From assembly GCA_019749895.1 (NCBI GenBank), contig JAIEPG010000002.1, positions 66,244-130,243 of the forward strand: DNA of 64,000 nucleotides, given 5' to 3'. The notes under the pieces are model-generated. The model had not been told where the DNA came from and did not search any database. It saw nothing but the letters and a program-made list of their open reading frames with translations. The first letter of the stretch is position 1, and each line of letters begins with the position of its first letter. Shown here one piece after another: positions 40,030-49,470 of the stretch. The translations under genes were made by a program, and so were the position numbers. Source of the stretch: Candidatus Babeliales bacterium (GTDB lineage: Bacteria > Babelota > Babeliae > Babelales > RVW-14).

Positions 40030-40578
40030 TTAACGAGGCAGATAAGCAATGATCCACCATGTTTTTTCTTCTTTTATTTCTTTGTCAGGATTCAAATAAT
40101 CATCCCACCATTTTTCTTCAAGCGCTGCTTGCTCAACGCTTTCATGATCAATCGAATGTAGAACCTCTGCATGCTGCTCTTGTGCACCAGCATCATCTTC
40201 TTCCAAAACTGGTACCCCTGCTATTTCTAGAACACCATGAATATCACGTTTTTGACCATTAACCGACAAACATAAATCATTATTAGATCTTCGCAAAAAG
40301 AAACAACAACTACCTCTATCTCTCAACGATGAAATCAAATCTTGTGTTACTACAAAACGATATCCTATTTCATTAATACGATAAAGCACGGTAAAACCTT
40401 GCTGTATCTGGGTAAAAGAACAACGAATATTTTTTTGAGAGGGTATAAAATGATCTTGATCTGCAATGCTAATTGTTGCTGAATAACGCTTGTCCCAATT
40501 GCGTAAGGTAACAGAACCAACACAAACAGACTGAATAAAAATACCAAAAAACATTACTAAAAATACGTGAATGTTCAC
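40030..40578 (-). CDS. small exported protein, tandem family member 10 of 10
   Basis: MNIHVFLVMFFGIFIQSVCVG. Core motif SVTLRNWDK. Tail LEEDDAGAQEQHAE..EEKTWWIIAYLPR, which shares the W-W-I-I ending with member 9. Confidence 0.6.
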   Translation of the reverse strand: MNIHVFLVMFFGIFIQSVCVGSVTLRNWDKRYSATISIADQDHFIPSQKNIRCSFTQIQQGFTVLYRINEIGYRFVVTQDLISSLRDRGSCCFFLRRSNNDLCLSVNGQKRDIHGVLEIAGVPVLEEDDAGAQEQHAEVLHSIDHESVEQAALEEKWWDDYLNPDKEIKEEKTWWIIAYLPR

Positions 40579-40617
40579 AAAAACCCTTTAGGCAATATCA
40601 TTGTTGAAAAATAAAAA

Positions 40618-40661
40618 ACGAGCCTGAGTTTATTTGAAATGACTACAAAACTCAAGCTCGT
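40618..40661 (-). terminator. repeated long hairpin (leuS terminator), copy 2
   Basis: ACGAGCCTGAGTTT..AAACTCAAGCTCGT is a 14-bp stem with one G-U pair on the minus strand. A T6 run follows it. It lies 33 nt after the leuS stop. Confidence 0.6.
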
Positions 40662-40693
40662 TAAACTATTTCTAATAAAATAAAATCTTCTAA

Positions 40694-43141
40694 CTAGCCT
40701 TTGATGACAAAACTAATTAAGCGATCTTGCACAAAGACCGTTTTAATAAGTTCTTTGTCTTCAAGCCATTTGGCAATCTGTTCTTTGGCAAGTGGCTCTA
40801 CATCAGCCTGCACTAAGCCTTTTGTCAAAAGTATATTGCCACGCAGCTTACCATTAACTTGAATTGCATATTCAACTTGAGAAACATGCGCCAGCTCAGC
40901 GTTGTACGCAGGCCAGGTACACTGTGCCAATTGTTTATTCAACAGCTTTTCAATCAACTCACTGGCAAAATGCGGCACCATAACTGAAAGCGCGGTCAAA
41001 AATTGTTCAAGCATTTCACGGTCGAATTGCAATTTTTGACTCGTCAAATCATTCAAATATTCCATAACAGCCGATACAGCAGTGTTAACTTTAAACGTTT
41101 CCAAGCGTTGTTGGTAATCTTTTAAAAACTGATGGAAGCGTTGTTGCGCAGATTTTTCTGCTTTTTTACCAGCAGGCAACAATGTGCTTTCGGCAGTCAA
41201 AAACAACCACAAGCGATTTAAGAAACTATAAACGCCCCTGATCGATGCCGTTTGCCATTCAGTATCAAGCTCTGGTGGCCCCATAAAAAGCATGTACATA
41301 CGCAGCGTGTCGGCACCCATTTCTTCAACAATTTCGTCCGGGTTAACCACATTGCCTTTAGATTTTGACATTTTTTCAACACGCCCAGAAATGGAGCTCT
41401 TCATACACACCATGCCTTGATTGAACAGTTGTTTAAACGGTTCATCAAATGGCAAGTGACCAAGATCATGCAACACTTTAACATAAAAGCGCGCGTACAA
41501 AAGATGCAAAATGGCATGCTCAATACCGCCAACATACAAATCAACGGGCAACCAATGCTGCATGTCACGCTCACTAAATGGCTTGTCGGTTAAGCCTGGG
41601 TTTGGATAACGCAAGAAATACCAGCATGAACCTGCCCATTGCGGCATAGTGTTAGTTTCTCTCTTTGCTGGTACGCCACATTGTGGACACGGCGTATTAA
41701 CCCATTCAGTAATAGCAGCCAGCGGCGACTCACCGGTTCCCGTTGGTTGATAGCGCTCAACCTCGGGCAACACGATTGGTAATTCATTTTCTGGCACCGG
41801 AACAACACCGCAAACATCGCAATGCACCAGAGGGATAGGCTCACCCCAATAACGTTGGCGCGAGAAAATCCAGTCACGCAAACGGTATGAAACTTTGCGT
41901 TCGGCCAAGCCCTTGTGTTCACAATACTCAATAATTGCCTGACGCACATCACCCGCACGTTTGCCAGCAAACTGGGCCGGGGCCTGCAAAATGCCATGCT
42001 GCATATCGGTATAGCACACTTCTTGGTTTTGTACCTGAGCAGCCAAAACTGGATCTTCAGGGAACAAAACAGGCTTGAGCGGTATGCCGTATTTTTTAGC
42101 AAATTTAAAGTCACGCTCATCGTGCGCAGAGCATTTAACAATGCCAGTCCCATAATCTTTTATGGCAAAACTGGCAACCCAAATTGGCAGGTCACCATTA
42201 CCAACCGGATCAACAATATAGCGACCGGTAAAGATACCTTCGATCTCTTTTTCTTCAAATTTATTTTCATTACGCTTATGAAGTAAGGTTCTGCAATACT
42301 CAAGAACTTCTTTTTCACGCTCGGTACCTGCCAACAATGTCGGCAAAAATGGATGGTCCGGCGCTATAACCACAAACGTATCGGCACCAAAAGCTTCGAA
42401 ATGAGCGTTAAAGGTCTGTAAAGTAAGGTTGGTGTCTTTGACCGGCGCGGTAAAAACTAGCCCCTCACTCTTGCCAATCCAGTTGCTTTGCATAAGCTTA
42501 ACTTTTTCAGGCCACTCAAGCTTTTCAAGGCCTTGAAGCAATTTTTCGGCATAATCGGTAATCCGCAAAACCCATTGACGCACGGGCTTTTGCTCAGTTG
42601 GCGAGCCACAACGCTCACACCCGCCAGCAACAACCTCTTCATTGGCAAGGCCGGTAAGGCACTTTGGGCACCAATTAATGGGCATGCTGTCTTGGTAGGC
42701 AAGACCTGCTTTGTACATTTGCAAAAAGATCCATTGGGTCCATTTGTAGTAAGCAGGATCGGTGGTATCAACCTCTTTGCTCCAGTCGTACATAGAACCA
42801 ATGTAGGCAAGTTGGCGCTTAAAGTTGGCAACGTTGCTGGCAGTACCGCCTTTTGGATGAATTCCTTTTTTAATAGCATCGTTTTCTGCTGGCAGGCCAA
42901 AGGCGTCCCAACCCATTGGATGCAGCACATCGTAACCTTGCAGCCACTTCATGCGGGCATAAACGTCTGAAAACACATAACCCTTCCAGTGGCCCACGTG
43001 GATACCAGACCCGGACGGATAGGGAAACATGTCTAGACAATAAAACTTCTCTTTGGACTGATCATTCTTCATCTTGAAGTAAGGATCTTTTTGCCAAGAA
43101 TTACGCCATTTTTCTTCAACAATCTTAAAATCGTAACTCAT
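40694..43141 (-). CDS. leuS: leucine--tRNA ligase
   Basis: HIGH-type [17 protein letters not shown] motif KMSKSKGN. Zn-like CPKC..CERCG. CP1 editing region present. I prefer the ATG at 43141 ([16 protein letters not shown]) over the GTG at 43159. Confidence 0.95.
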   Translation of the reverse strand: MSYDFKIVEEKWRNSWQKDPYFKMKNDQSKEKFYCLDMFPYPSGSGIHVGHWKGYVFSDVYARMKWLQGYDVLHPMGWDAFGLPAENDAIKKGIHPKGGTASNVANFKRQLAYIGSMYDWSKEVDTTDPAYYKWTQWIFLQMYKAGLAYQDSMPINWCPKCLTGLANEEVVAGGCERCGSPTEQKPVRQWVLRITDYAEKLLQGLEKLEWPEKVKLMQSNWIGKSEGLVFTAPVKDTNLTLQTFNAHFEAFGADTFVVIAPDHPFLPTLLAGTEREKEVLEYCRTLLHKRNENKFEEKEIEGIFTGRYIVDPVGNGDLPIWVASFAIKDYGTGIVKCSAHDERDFKFAKKYGIPLKPVLFPEDPVLAAQVQNQEVCYTDMQHGILQAPAQFAGKRAGDVRQAIIEYCEHKGLAERKVSYRLRDWIFSRQRYWGEPIPLVHCDVCGVVPVPENELPIVLPEVERYQPTGTGESPLAAITEWVNTPCPQCGVPAKRETNTMPQWAGSCWYFLRYPNPGLTDKPFSERDMQHWLPVDLYVGGIEHAILHLLYARFYVKVLHDLGHLPFDEPFKQLFNQGMVCMKSSISGRVEKMSKSKGNVVNPDEIVEEMGADTLRMYMLFMGPPELDTEWQTASIRGVYSFLNRLWLFLTAESTLLPAGKKAEKSAQQRFHQFLKDYQQRLETFKVNTAVSAVMEYLNDLTSQKLQFDREMLEQFLTALSVMVPHFASELIEKLLNKQLAQCTWPAYNAELAHVSQVEYAIQVNGKLRGNILLTKGLVQADVEPLAKEQIAKWLEDKELIKTVFVQDRLISFVIKG

Positions 43142-43302
43142 CGTTGTGCCCTTGGTCACCGTAAATTGGTGCGTTCTTTAAGTAGCCTTTGCCTACAGCT
43201 TTAGTTGTCCCATTGTAGTCCAAAAGAGAAAAAATGGCCAAAAATAAATCACCTGCCTCTGTCTTCATAGCACTTATTAAAAATAATTACAAATGTGAAT
43301 TA

Positions 43303-43332
43303 TTGACTTTGCAAGCCTGATTTAGCTACCAT
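43303..43332 (+). promoter_or_regulatory. candidate promoter of the C11 peptidase cluster
   Basis: TTGACT-N18-TACCAT. The same TACCATAAA string as at the hicAB promoter follows it. It lies about 70 nt upstream of 43401. Confidence 0.25.
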
Positions 43333-43400
43333 AAAGATAGATAACTATGAATAAGATCGAATAAAAAGGGACTTTCTGATCCTCTGAGGGGGGAATAGTA

Positions 43401-44837
43401 ATGAAGATTTTGGCACGCAACTGTAGACCTATCGTTTCAAATAATAAAAATATTTTTCTATTTGCACTTTTTATTATTTGGGGATCATCAGACGCACAGG
43501 CTATTTCTCGACCAAAAACATCACCTACCCCTCAAATCATTGCTCAAGTCGCCAAGCAACCTGAAGCTGAGTGGACCATGCTTATTTATGCACAAGCCAA
43601 CAATTCGCTGAGCAAATTTGCACACCGCAACTTTGCTGACATGGCAACCATTGGCTCCAACCGAAACCTCAACGTTTTGGTTCAATGGTACCAACCAGGT
43701 CAACAAGGCATTTGGCGCTATCAAATTAATAAAGGTCGCATGGATCTTGATGAATGCATCACACAACCAACTGACGGCAATAAAGCCCAAGACCTTGTTG
43801 ATTCAATGGAATGGGCAGTTAAAAAGTACCCAGCAAAAAAATATTGTCTGATTTTATGGAATCATGGCATGGGAATTGTTGACCCACTGTGGGGTAACTC
43901 GATACAAATGATTCAGCCCAAAATGATGAAAAACAACCCTCGAATCCAAATAGCAGGCCTAACGCAAGCAGCACCAGCGCAGGCAAAATTTCAAAAGATT
44001 GAAAAAAAAACAGCAAAAAATCATCATCGCGGTATTTTATTTAACGAAAATTCTCGTACCTACATGACTAATCAAGTCCTTTCCCAAGCCCTGGAAGAGA
44101 TCAAAACACGCGTACTCAACAATCGCAAAATCGATCTACTCGGTATGGACGCCTGCTTGATGGCAATGATTGAAGTTGGCTACCAAGTTCGTAACTACGC
44201 TGCATACATGGTTGGCTCGCAAGAAGTTGAATTGGCTTCCGGCTGGGCATATCAACCACTCCTACAAAAGCTTACTACAGCTTCACTTACGCCGGCACAG
44301 TTTGCGCAAGAAATAGTTACCAACTACCAAAATCTTTATAAAAACAAAATACAATTTTATACACAATCAGCCATAGATCTTGAAAAAATAGATATGTTAA
44401 AAGATTCTATCGACGCAGTTGTTCACGATATTGCTGTGTGTAAAGAACTTGATCCTGCAAATTTTGCCAATATTATAAAAAAAGCACGTAACAGCTGTAT
44501 TCAGTTTAGTACGCAAAGCTACATCGACCTTCATTCATTTTTTTCTGAAGTTTTAAGCCACATAACCACAACGTATGCCAACCGCGCACAGGCAAAACGC
44601 CTGCACCCGCTTACCAACGCAGTAGCAAAACTCAAAGAATCGCTCGCTCTAAGCATGCAAATATTAGACAGTGTTGTTATTGCCAACACTTCCGGCCGTT
44701 ACCTGTCTAATGTTAAAGGGCTTTCAATTTATTATCCACAAGCCGGAACCGGCATCGACAATTCATACAGCAAAACTGAGTTTGCTCAAGATTCTTCTTG
44801 GCATATATTTTTGCAAAAAATTCTTGCTTTACAGTAG
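43401..44837 (+). CDS. exported clostripain-family (peptidase C11) cysteine protease, paralog 1
   Basis: Family-typical AEWTMLIYAQANNSL. His context LILWNHGMGI. Cys context LLGMDACLMAMIEVGYQ. N-terminal hydrophobic segment IFLFALFIIWGSSDAQA. Confidence 0.8.
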   Translation: MKILARNCRPIVSNNKNIFLFALFIIWGSSDAQAISRPKTSPTPQIIAQVAKQPEAEWTMLIYAQANNSLSKFAHRNFADMATIGSNRNLNVLVQWYQPGQQGIWRYQINKGRMDLDECITQPTDGNKAQDLVDSMEWAVKKYPAKKYCLILWNHGMGIVDPLWGNSIQMIQPKMMKNNPRIQIAGLTQAAPAQAKFQKIEKKTAKNHHRGILFNENSRTYMTNQVLSQALEEIKTRVLNNRKIDLLGMDACLMAMIEVGYQVRNYAAYMVGSQEVELASGWAYQPLLQKLTTASLTPAQFAQEIVTNYQNLYKNKIQFYTQSAIDLEKIDMLKDSIDAVVHDIAVCKELDPANFANIIKKARNSCIQFSTQSYIDLHSFFSEVLSHITTTYANRAQAKRLHPLTNAVAKLKESLALSMQILDSVVIANTSGRYLSNVKGLSIYYPQAGTGIDNSYSKTEFAQDSSWHIFLQKILALQ

Positions 44838-44845
44838 GAAACATT

Positions 44846-46159
44846 ATGAATAGTGGTAAAAAAAAAATAACGCAAATACTGCTTACCATAACACTCCTTA
44901 GCGCATCGTTTGCATCTGCCAAGCGACAACCAGAAGCAGAATGGACGGTTGTTACGTACATTCAGGCCGACAATAGCCTTGCGCCTTTTGCTTTAAAAAA
45001 CATTCAAACCATGCAGCAGGCGGGATTAAAAAATAAAATAAATATTTTAGTACACTGGAACATGCCAGAAAATAAAAAAATTGTACGCTACCTCGTTACC
45101 AAAAATGCACTAATCGAAGATAAAGATATCAAAGTAAAAACTTATGAGGACCATGAAAAAAGCTTAGTTGATACTATGAAATGGGCAGCAACTAACTACC
45201 CTGCAAAAAAATATATGCTTAATTTTTGGAATCATGGTAGCGGCATTATTGACCGCGTTAACTATTTAAAAGGCAGAAGTCAACTTCGCACTCATTGGCT
45301 AGAAACTCCAGGCCTGGAGCAAGAATCAGCATTTCGTGGCATCCTTTATAGCGATACTAACCACACGTATCTAGACAACCAACAACTCGCACGGTCACTG
45401 GAAGCAATCACGCTCACGCTAGGCAAAAAAATTGATGTGATAGGTATGGATGCGTGCTTTATGGCAATGCTAGAAATTGGGTATCAAATTAAAGATTATG
45501 CTAAAGTTTTGGTTGCTTCACAAAACTCAGAACCCGGACGAGGCTGGAATTATGCAGAGTTTTTAAATAAACTCAGCAAAGAACCACATCTGGTTAATGC
45601 ACAAAAACTTGGCAAACATATTGTTAATGCTTACCAAAAACTCTACGCAGGGGATGTTAATTTTTATACACAATCGGCAATCAACTTGCGTGCACTTGAT
45701 CCAATAAAAGAAAATATTAATCAGCTGGTTGCTTGTCTTGAGCATTGCAAAAATTTAAACGAAAAAAAAATTAGAAAAGCTATTCAAACAGCTAGCAACA
45801 TAACCCTCAAATTTCATATGCACGACTTTGTTGACCTTCATTCTTTTTATACTGCTCTGCTGAAAGCAACAAGTAAACGATCTCTCTACGATGCCAGCGA
45901 ACAACGGACAACCACTGGATATACAAAGGCATTGAAAAAGCTTCGGGCAACGCTACAAGAAGGACTTGCCACTATAAACCAAGCGGTATATACCTCAGCA
46001 GCAGCACCAACATACAACCGTGCGCGCGGCATCTCAATTTATTTACCACGAAAAAAAATCCATCATTCCTATCCAAAAACAATGTTTGCTCAAGAAAGCT
46101 TGTGGCTCCATTTTTTAGAAACATTTTTTTGCTCTCAACATGCTGTCACAAGCGAGTAG
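44846..46159 (+). CDS. exported clostripain-family (C11) cysteine protease, paralog 2
   Basis: ATG at 44846 with AGGAA upstream (MNSGKKKITQILLTITLLSASFASA). Motifs AEWTVVTYIQADNSL, FWNHGSGI, VIGMDACFMAMLEIGYQ. Confidence 0.8.
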   Translation: MNSGKKKITQILLTITLLSASFASAKRQPEAEWTVVTYIQADNSLAPFALKNIQTMQQAGLKNKINILVHWNMPENKKIVRYLVTKNALIEDKDIKVKTYEDHEKSLVDTMKWAATNYPAKKYMLNFWNHGSGIIDRVNYLKGRSQLRTHWLETPGLEQESAFRGILYSDTNHTYLDNQQLARSLEAITLTLGKKIDVIGMDACFMAMLEIGYQIKDYAKVLVASQNSEPGRGWNYAEFLNKLSKEPHLVNAQKLGKHIVNAYQKLYAGDVNFYTQSAINLRALDPIKENINQLVACLEHCKNLNEKKIRKAIQTASNITLKFHMHDFVDLHSFYTALLKATSKRSLYDASEQRTTTGYTKALKKLRATLQEGLATINQAVYTSAAAPTYNRARGISIYLPRKKIHHSYPKTMFAQESLWLHFLETFFCSQHAVTSE

Positions 46160-46162
46160 CTC

Positions 46163-47380
46163 ATGAAAAAATTGCTCGTGCTAGGCATAGTACTGGCTCT
46201 TACCACTATACCTTTGTATGCTCAAGCTGACTGGACAATTTTAAATTATATCGAAGCAAATAATAACCTTTCTTTTTTTGCCAACAACAATATTGAAGCT
46301 ATGAAACTGGTTGGCTCAACATCAAACGTTAATATCTTGGTGCAACTTTCTGAGCCAACAACAAAAAAAACCTGGCGCTATAAAATAAAACAAGGCGGGA
46401 AAACAAATCATACTTCACTGAACAAAGATATGGGCCTTGATCCTGAAAAAGAGCTGATCGATGCAGTACTATGGGCTCACACGCACTACCCAGCAAAACG
46501 CTTTATGCTTATTTTTTGGAACCATGGTGGCGGCATTATAGACAAACACAAGAGTAAAAAAATTTATGAGCAGCATCAAAAAAAATATTCGCGCACGCGC
46601 TCTATTCTTTACAATTATCAACATGAAACTTTTTTAACTAATCAACAGCTTGAAAGGGCATTAAAACAGATTAGTGAAGTTAGAGGCAAAAAAATTGATA
46701 TCATTGGCATGGACGCCTGCCTGATGGCAAGCATCGAAATTGCTTACCAAATAAAAGATTATGCTGATTATTTTATTGCTTCGGAAAATGTTGAAATTGC
46801 TCCAGGTTGGTGTTATGGCAACTTTTTGCGCAAATTGATTGCACAGAGCACCATGTCGCCACTAAAGCTTATGGAAACCATTATTTCTTCATTTGCCAGC
46901 ACCAACGCAATAAGAACCCCGCACTATACGCTTTCGGCAATAAAACTAGATCTTATGAACAAAATTTCAGACCATATTAACAACGTCATACTGGCATTTT
47001 ATGCGCATAAAGATAGCGCAGACACTAATAAAATTGAGCAGGCAATTTTAAAGGCACATGCAAAAACAAATCAATTTGAAAATACGGGGTATTTAGATGC
47101 TCACCATCTGTTTTTTAATATCGAAAAAGAAATAAAACAGCTCTTAAAACAGAGAAACGCGTCAAACAAAGAATACCTACAAACCTTGATCACTCAATTG
47201 CATGCCGCTCGCTTGGCAATTCGCCAAGCAGTTGTGTATAACCAAACAGGTAGTTCGTACCAAAAATCCAAAGGCCTTACTCTTTATTATCCAAAAAAAT
47301 CTATACATAATTCTTACGAAAACACCAGATTTGCACTCGATACTTTATGGCTCTCATTCATCAAAGAACACCGTCCTTAA
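46163..47380 (+). CDS. exported clostripain-family (C11) cysteine protease, paralog 3
   Basis: MKKLLVLGIVLALTTIPLYAQ. Motifs ADWTILNYIEANNNL, FWNHGGGI, IIGMDACLMASIEIAYQ. It starts 3 nt after the paralog 2 stop. Confidence 0.8.
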   Translation: MKKLLVLGIVLALTTIPLYAQADWTILNYIEANNNLSFFANNNIEAMKLVGSTSNVNILVQLSEPTTKKTWRYKIKQGGKTNHTSLNKDMGLDPEKELIDAVLWAHTHYPAKRFMLIFWNHGGGIIDKHKSKKIYEQHQKKYSRTRSILYNYQHETFLTNQQLERALKQISEVRGKKIDIIGMDACLMASIEIAYQIKDYADYFIASENVEIAPGWCYGNFLRKLIAQSTMSPLKLMETIISSFASTNAIRTPHYTLSAIKLDLMNKISDHINNVILAFYAHKDSADTNKIEQAILKAHAKTNQFENTGYLDAHHLFFNIEKEIKQLLKQRNASNKEYLQTLITQLHAARLAIRQAVVYNQTGSSYQKSKGLTLYYPKKSIHNSYENTRFALDTLWLSFIKEHRP

Positions 47381-47485
47381 GCTTTTAATTTCATTATTCA
47401 TCTCAATTCTTGATTACGTATCACCAAGATTTTTACACTTGGCCAGTTGTTCATTATCTTACCAACTGTAATCAAGGAGATGTTT

Positions 47486-48700
47486 ATGAAAAAACGTTTA
47501 CTGTTACTTACTTTCACCCTCATTCTTACACAACAAGCCGTAGGCGCTTTGGCTGAATGGACAGTTTTAACCTACATTCAAGGCGACAATGATCTTGACC
47601 CCTTTGCCGATTTCAACATTCGAGATATGCAAAAGGTTGGCTCAACAGCCGCTGTGAACATTGTAGTTCAATGGGACCAACCCAACAATAATAAAACATG
47701 GCGCTACAAAGTTAATAAAGGCTCACGCACCGACGTTGGCACGCTCAATTTAGAAATGGGCGTTAATGCCAAAAATGAACTTGTTAATGCAATTCAGTGG
47801 ATAAAAAATAATTACCCAGCAAAAAAATACGCTTTAATTTTGTGGGACCATGGAAATGGAGTACTTGACCGCACATTAAACAAAACACTCCAAACAAACT
47901 CCTGGCTTGGCCTTCCCGGTTGCAAAAACCTCTTCCAAGATCGAGGCATTTTGTACGATTACACCCAAGGAACTTTTTTAGACAACAGCGATCTTTTATA
48001 CGTCTTGCAGCAAGCAAAAAATATTCTTGGGCAAAATATTGATATCTTAGGCACTGATGCGTGCTACATGGGAATGCTTGAACTTGGTTACCAAGCCAAG
48101 GATTATGTAAATTATTTTGTAGCGTCGGAAGAAACTATCCCTGGCGAAGGCTGGCCATACTCAGGCTTCTTGGATCCACTAATAAAAACACCCACTCAAA
48201 GTGCATTAACGTTATCAAAAAACATAGTTTCTGCCTACAAGTCATACTATCGCACAACGCGTGATGTTACTCTGTCATCGGTTGACTTAAAGAAAATTCC
48301 AGCACTAAATACAGCACTTAACGCAGTCATTCAAGAGATTAATAGCATCGCACAAACCAACCAAGCCACAATGCGCAACGCCGTCAATAAAGCTTACACA
48401 AAATCAACTCACTTCTCTCAGTACGCTTACATTGATTTGTACACATTTTTAAACAATCTCGCATCAGAAACAAAAAAAAATAAAGCCCTTGGCACAAAGA
48501 CTCTTGCAACCACATTGACTAATGCTATGAATACATTGGCTTCTTCTGTTGTTGCAAATGCTGTAGGCGCAGCGTATCCAAAAGCACGAGGTATTTCTAT
48601 TTATTTCCCAACAGACCTTGATTTTAGCAATGGCTATACTGACACATTATTTTACCAACAATCGCAATGGGTTAACTTTTTAAATACATACGTTAGTTAA
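47486..48700 (+). CDS. exported clostripain-family (C11) cysteine protease, paralog 4
   Basis: ATG at 47486 with AAGGAGA upstream (MKKRLLLLTFTLILTQQAVGA). Motifs AEWTVLTYIQGDNDL, LWDHGNGV, ILGTDACYMGMLELGYQ. Confidence 0.8.
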   Translation: MKKRLLLLTFTLILTQQAVGALAEWTVLTYIQGDNDLDPFADFNIRDMQKVGSTAAVNIVVQWDQPNNNKTWRYKVNKGSRTDVGTLNLEMGVNAKNELVNAIQWIKNNYPAKKYALILWDHGNGVLDRTLNKTLQTNSWLGLPGCKNLFQDRGILYDYTQGTFLDNSDLLYVLQQAKNILGQNIDILGTDACYMGMLELGYQAKDYVNYFVASEETIPGEGWPYSGFLDPLIKTPTQSALTLSKNIVSAYKSYYRTTRDVTLSSVDLKKIPALNTALNAVIQEINSIAQTNQATMRNAVNKAYTKSTHFSQYAYIDLYTFLNNLASETKKNKALGTKTLATTLTNAMNTLASSVVANAVGAAYPKARGISIYFPTDLDFSNGYTDTLFYQQSQWVNFLNTYVS

Positions 48701-48719
48701 AATAAGAAAGCAGTTTTCT

Positions 48720-49337
48720 ATGAAAAAAATTATACAGAGTTCACTACTATTTTGTGGCTTTTTATCGTCATGCTTTGCTGTTGAGAGCAAAGAAAGCCTT
48801 GCAAAAAACAGTAAAGCGATAAACAATAAAAAACTTTCTGAAGCTCTTATTTCCAATAACCAACCATTTTTACATAAATATCTTGATTCAAAAAATATTG
48901 ATTCACGCGACAAAAACAATAACACCCTTCTCCATAAAGCAATAGAGCTTGGCCACGAACACGCAATAGCACTTCTTCTCAATAAAAAAGCCAATGTAAA
49001 TGCTCTCAATAACAAAAACAAAACCCCTCTTCATATTGCCGCGAAAAAAGGAAACACCAAAGTTGTTATCTCTCTGCTTGCCAACAAAGCAAAAGTAAAT
49101 GCTAAAACAAACAAAAACAAAACGGCTTTACACTACGCTGCACAAAAGGGAAATAAAGACATTGTCGCAACTCTTTTGTCACAAGGCGCTGATATTACCG
49201 CTTTTGACAGATTTGCCAGAACACCAATGCACACGGCAATTGAAAACAACCAAATTGAAGTTATGCAAATGCTTGAAAAATACGCACAAACGCTTGCCAA
49301 AAACCCAGGCAAAACAAACCAAAATGAAGACAACTAA
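48720..49337 (+). CDS. exported ankyrin-repeat protein (about 4 ANK repeats)
   Basis: Signal-like MKKIIQSSLLFCGFLSSCFA. Repeats: NNTLLHKAIELGHEHAIALLLNKKANVNA, NKTPLHIAAKKGNTKVVISLLANKAKVNA, NKTALHYAAQKGNKDIVATLLSQGADITA, ARTPMHTAIENNQIEVMQML. Confidence 0.85.
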   Translation: MKKIIQSSLLFCGFLSSCFAVESKESLAKNSKAINNKKLSEALISNNQPFLHKYLDSKNIDSRDKNNNTLLHKAIELGHEHAIALLLNKKANVNALNNKNKTPLHIAAKKGNTKVVISLLANKAKVNAKTNKNKTALHYAAQKGNKDIVATLLSQGADITAFDRFARTPMHTAIENNQIEVMQMLEKYAQTLAKNPGKTNQNEDN

Positions 49338-49366
49338 ATTTGCCTTAGCCTTAGTATAAACAAAAA

Positions 49367-49394
49367 AGCCCCTCAATCAGGAGGGGCTTTTTTG
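49367..49394 (+). terminator. rho-independent terminator of the C11/ankyrin cluster
   Basis: AGCCCCTC-aatcag-GAGGGGCT perfect 8-bp stem followed by T6. Confidence 0.75.
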
Positions 49395-49470
49395 TTTGCC
49401 ACGTAAAAAAAATTATGCTTATACTTAATGAAAATTACCATCATACCGCCCAACGTACCATGGAGAGCTC

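Noticed and set aside
34842-40578. Reading the Glu/Asp-rich C-termini of the small tandem family as Dot/Icm-type 'E-block' type IV secretion signals.
   Set aside because: No T4SS component is present in the window. The proteins carry Sec-type N-terminal leaders, which argues for a different route. This cannot be supported from the sequence alone.
43160-43400. Possible T-box or other leader RNA upstream of leuS in the 240-bp divergent intergenic region.
   Set aside because: leuS begins at 43141, so this would be its leader region. I could not find a T-box consensus (AATTAGGGTGGTACCGCG-like) or a specifier/terminator-antiterminator arrangement. The region more likely holds divergent promoters.
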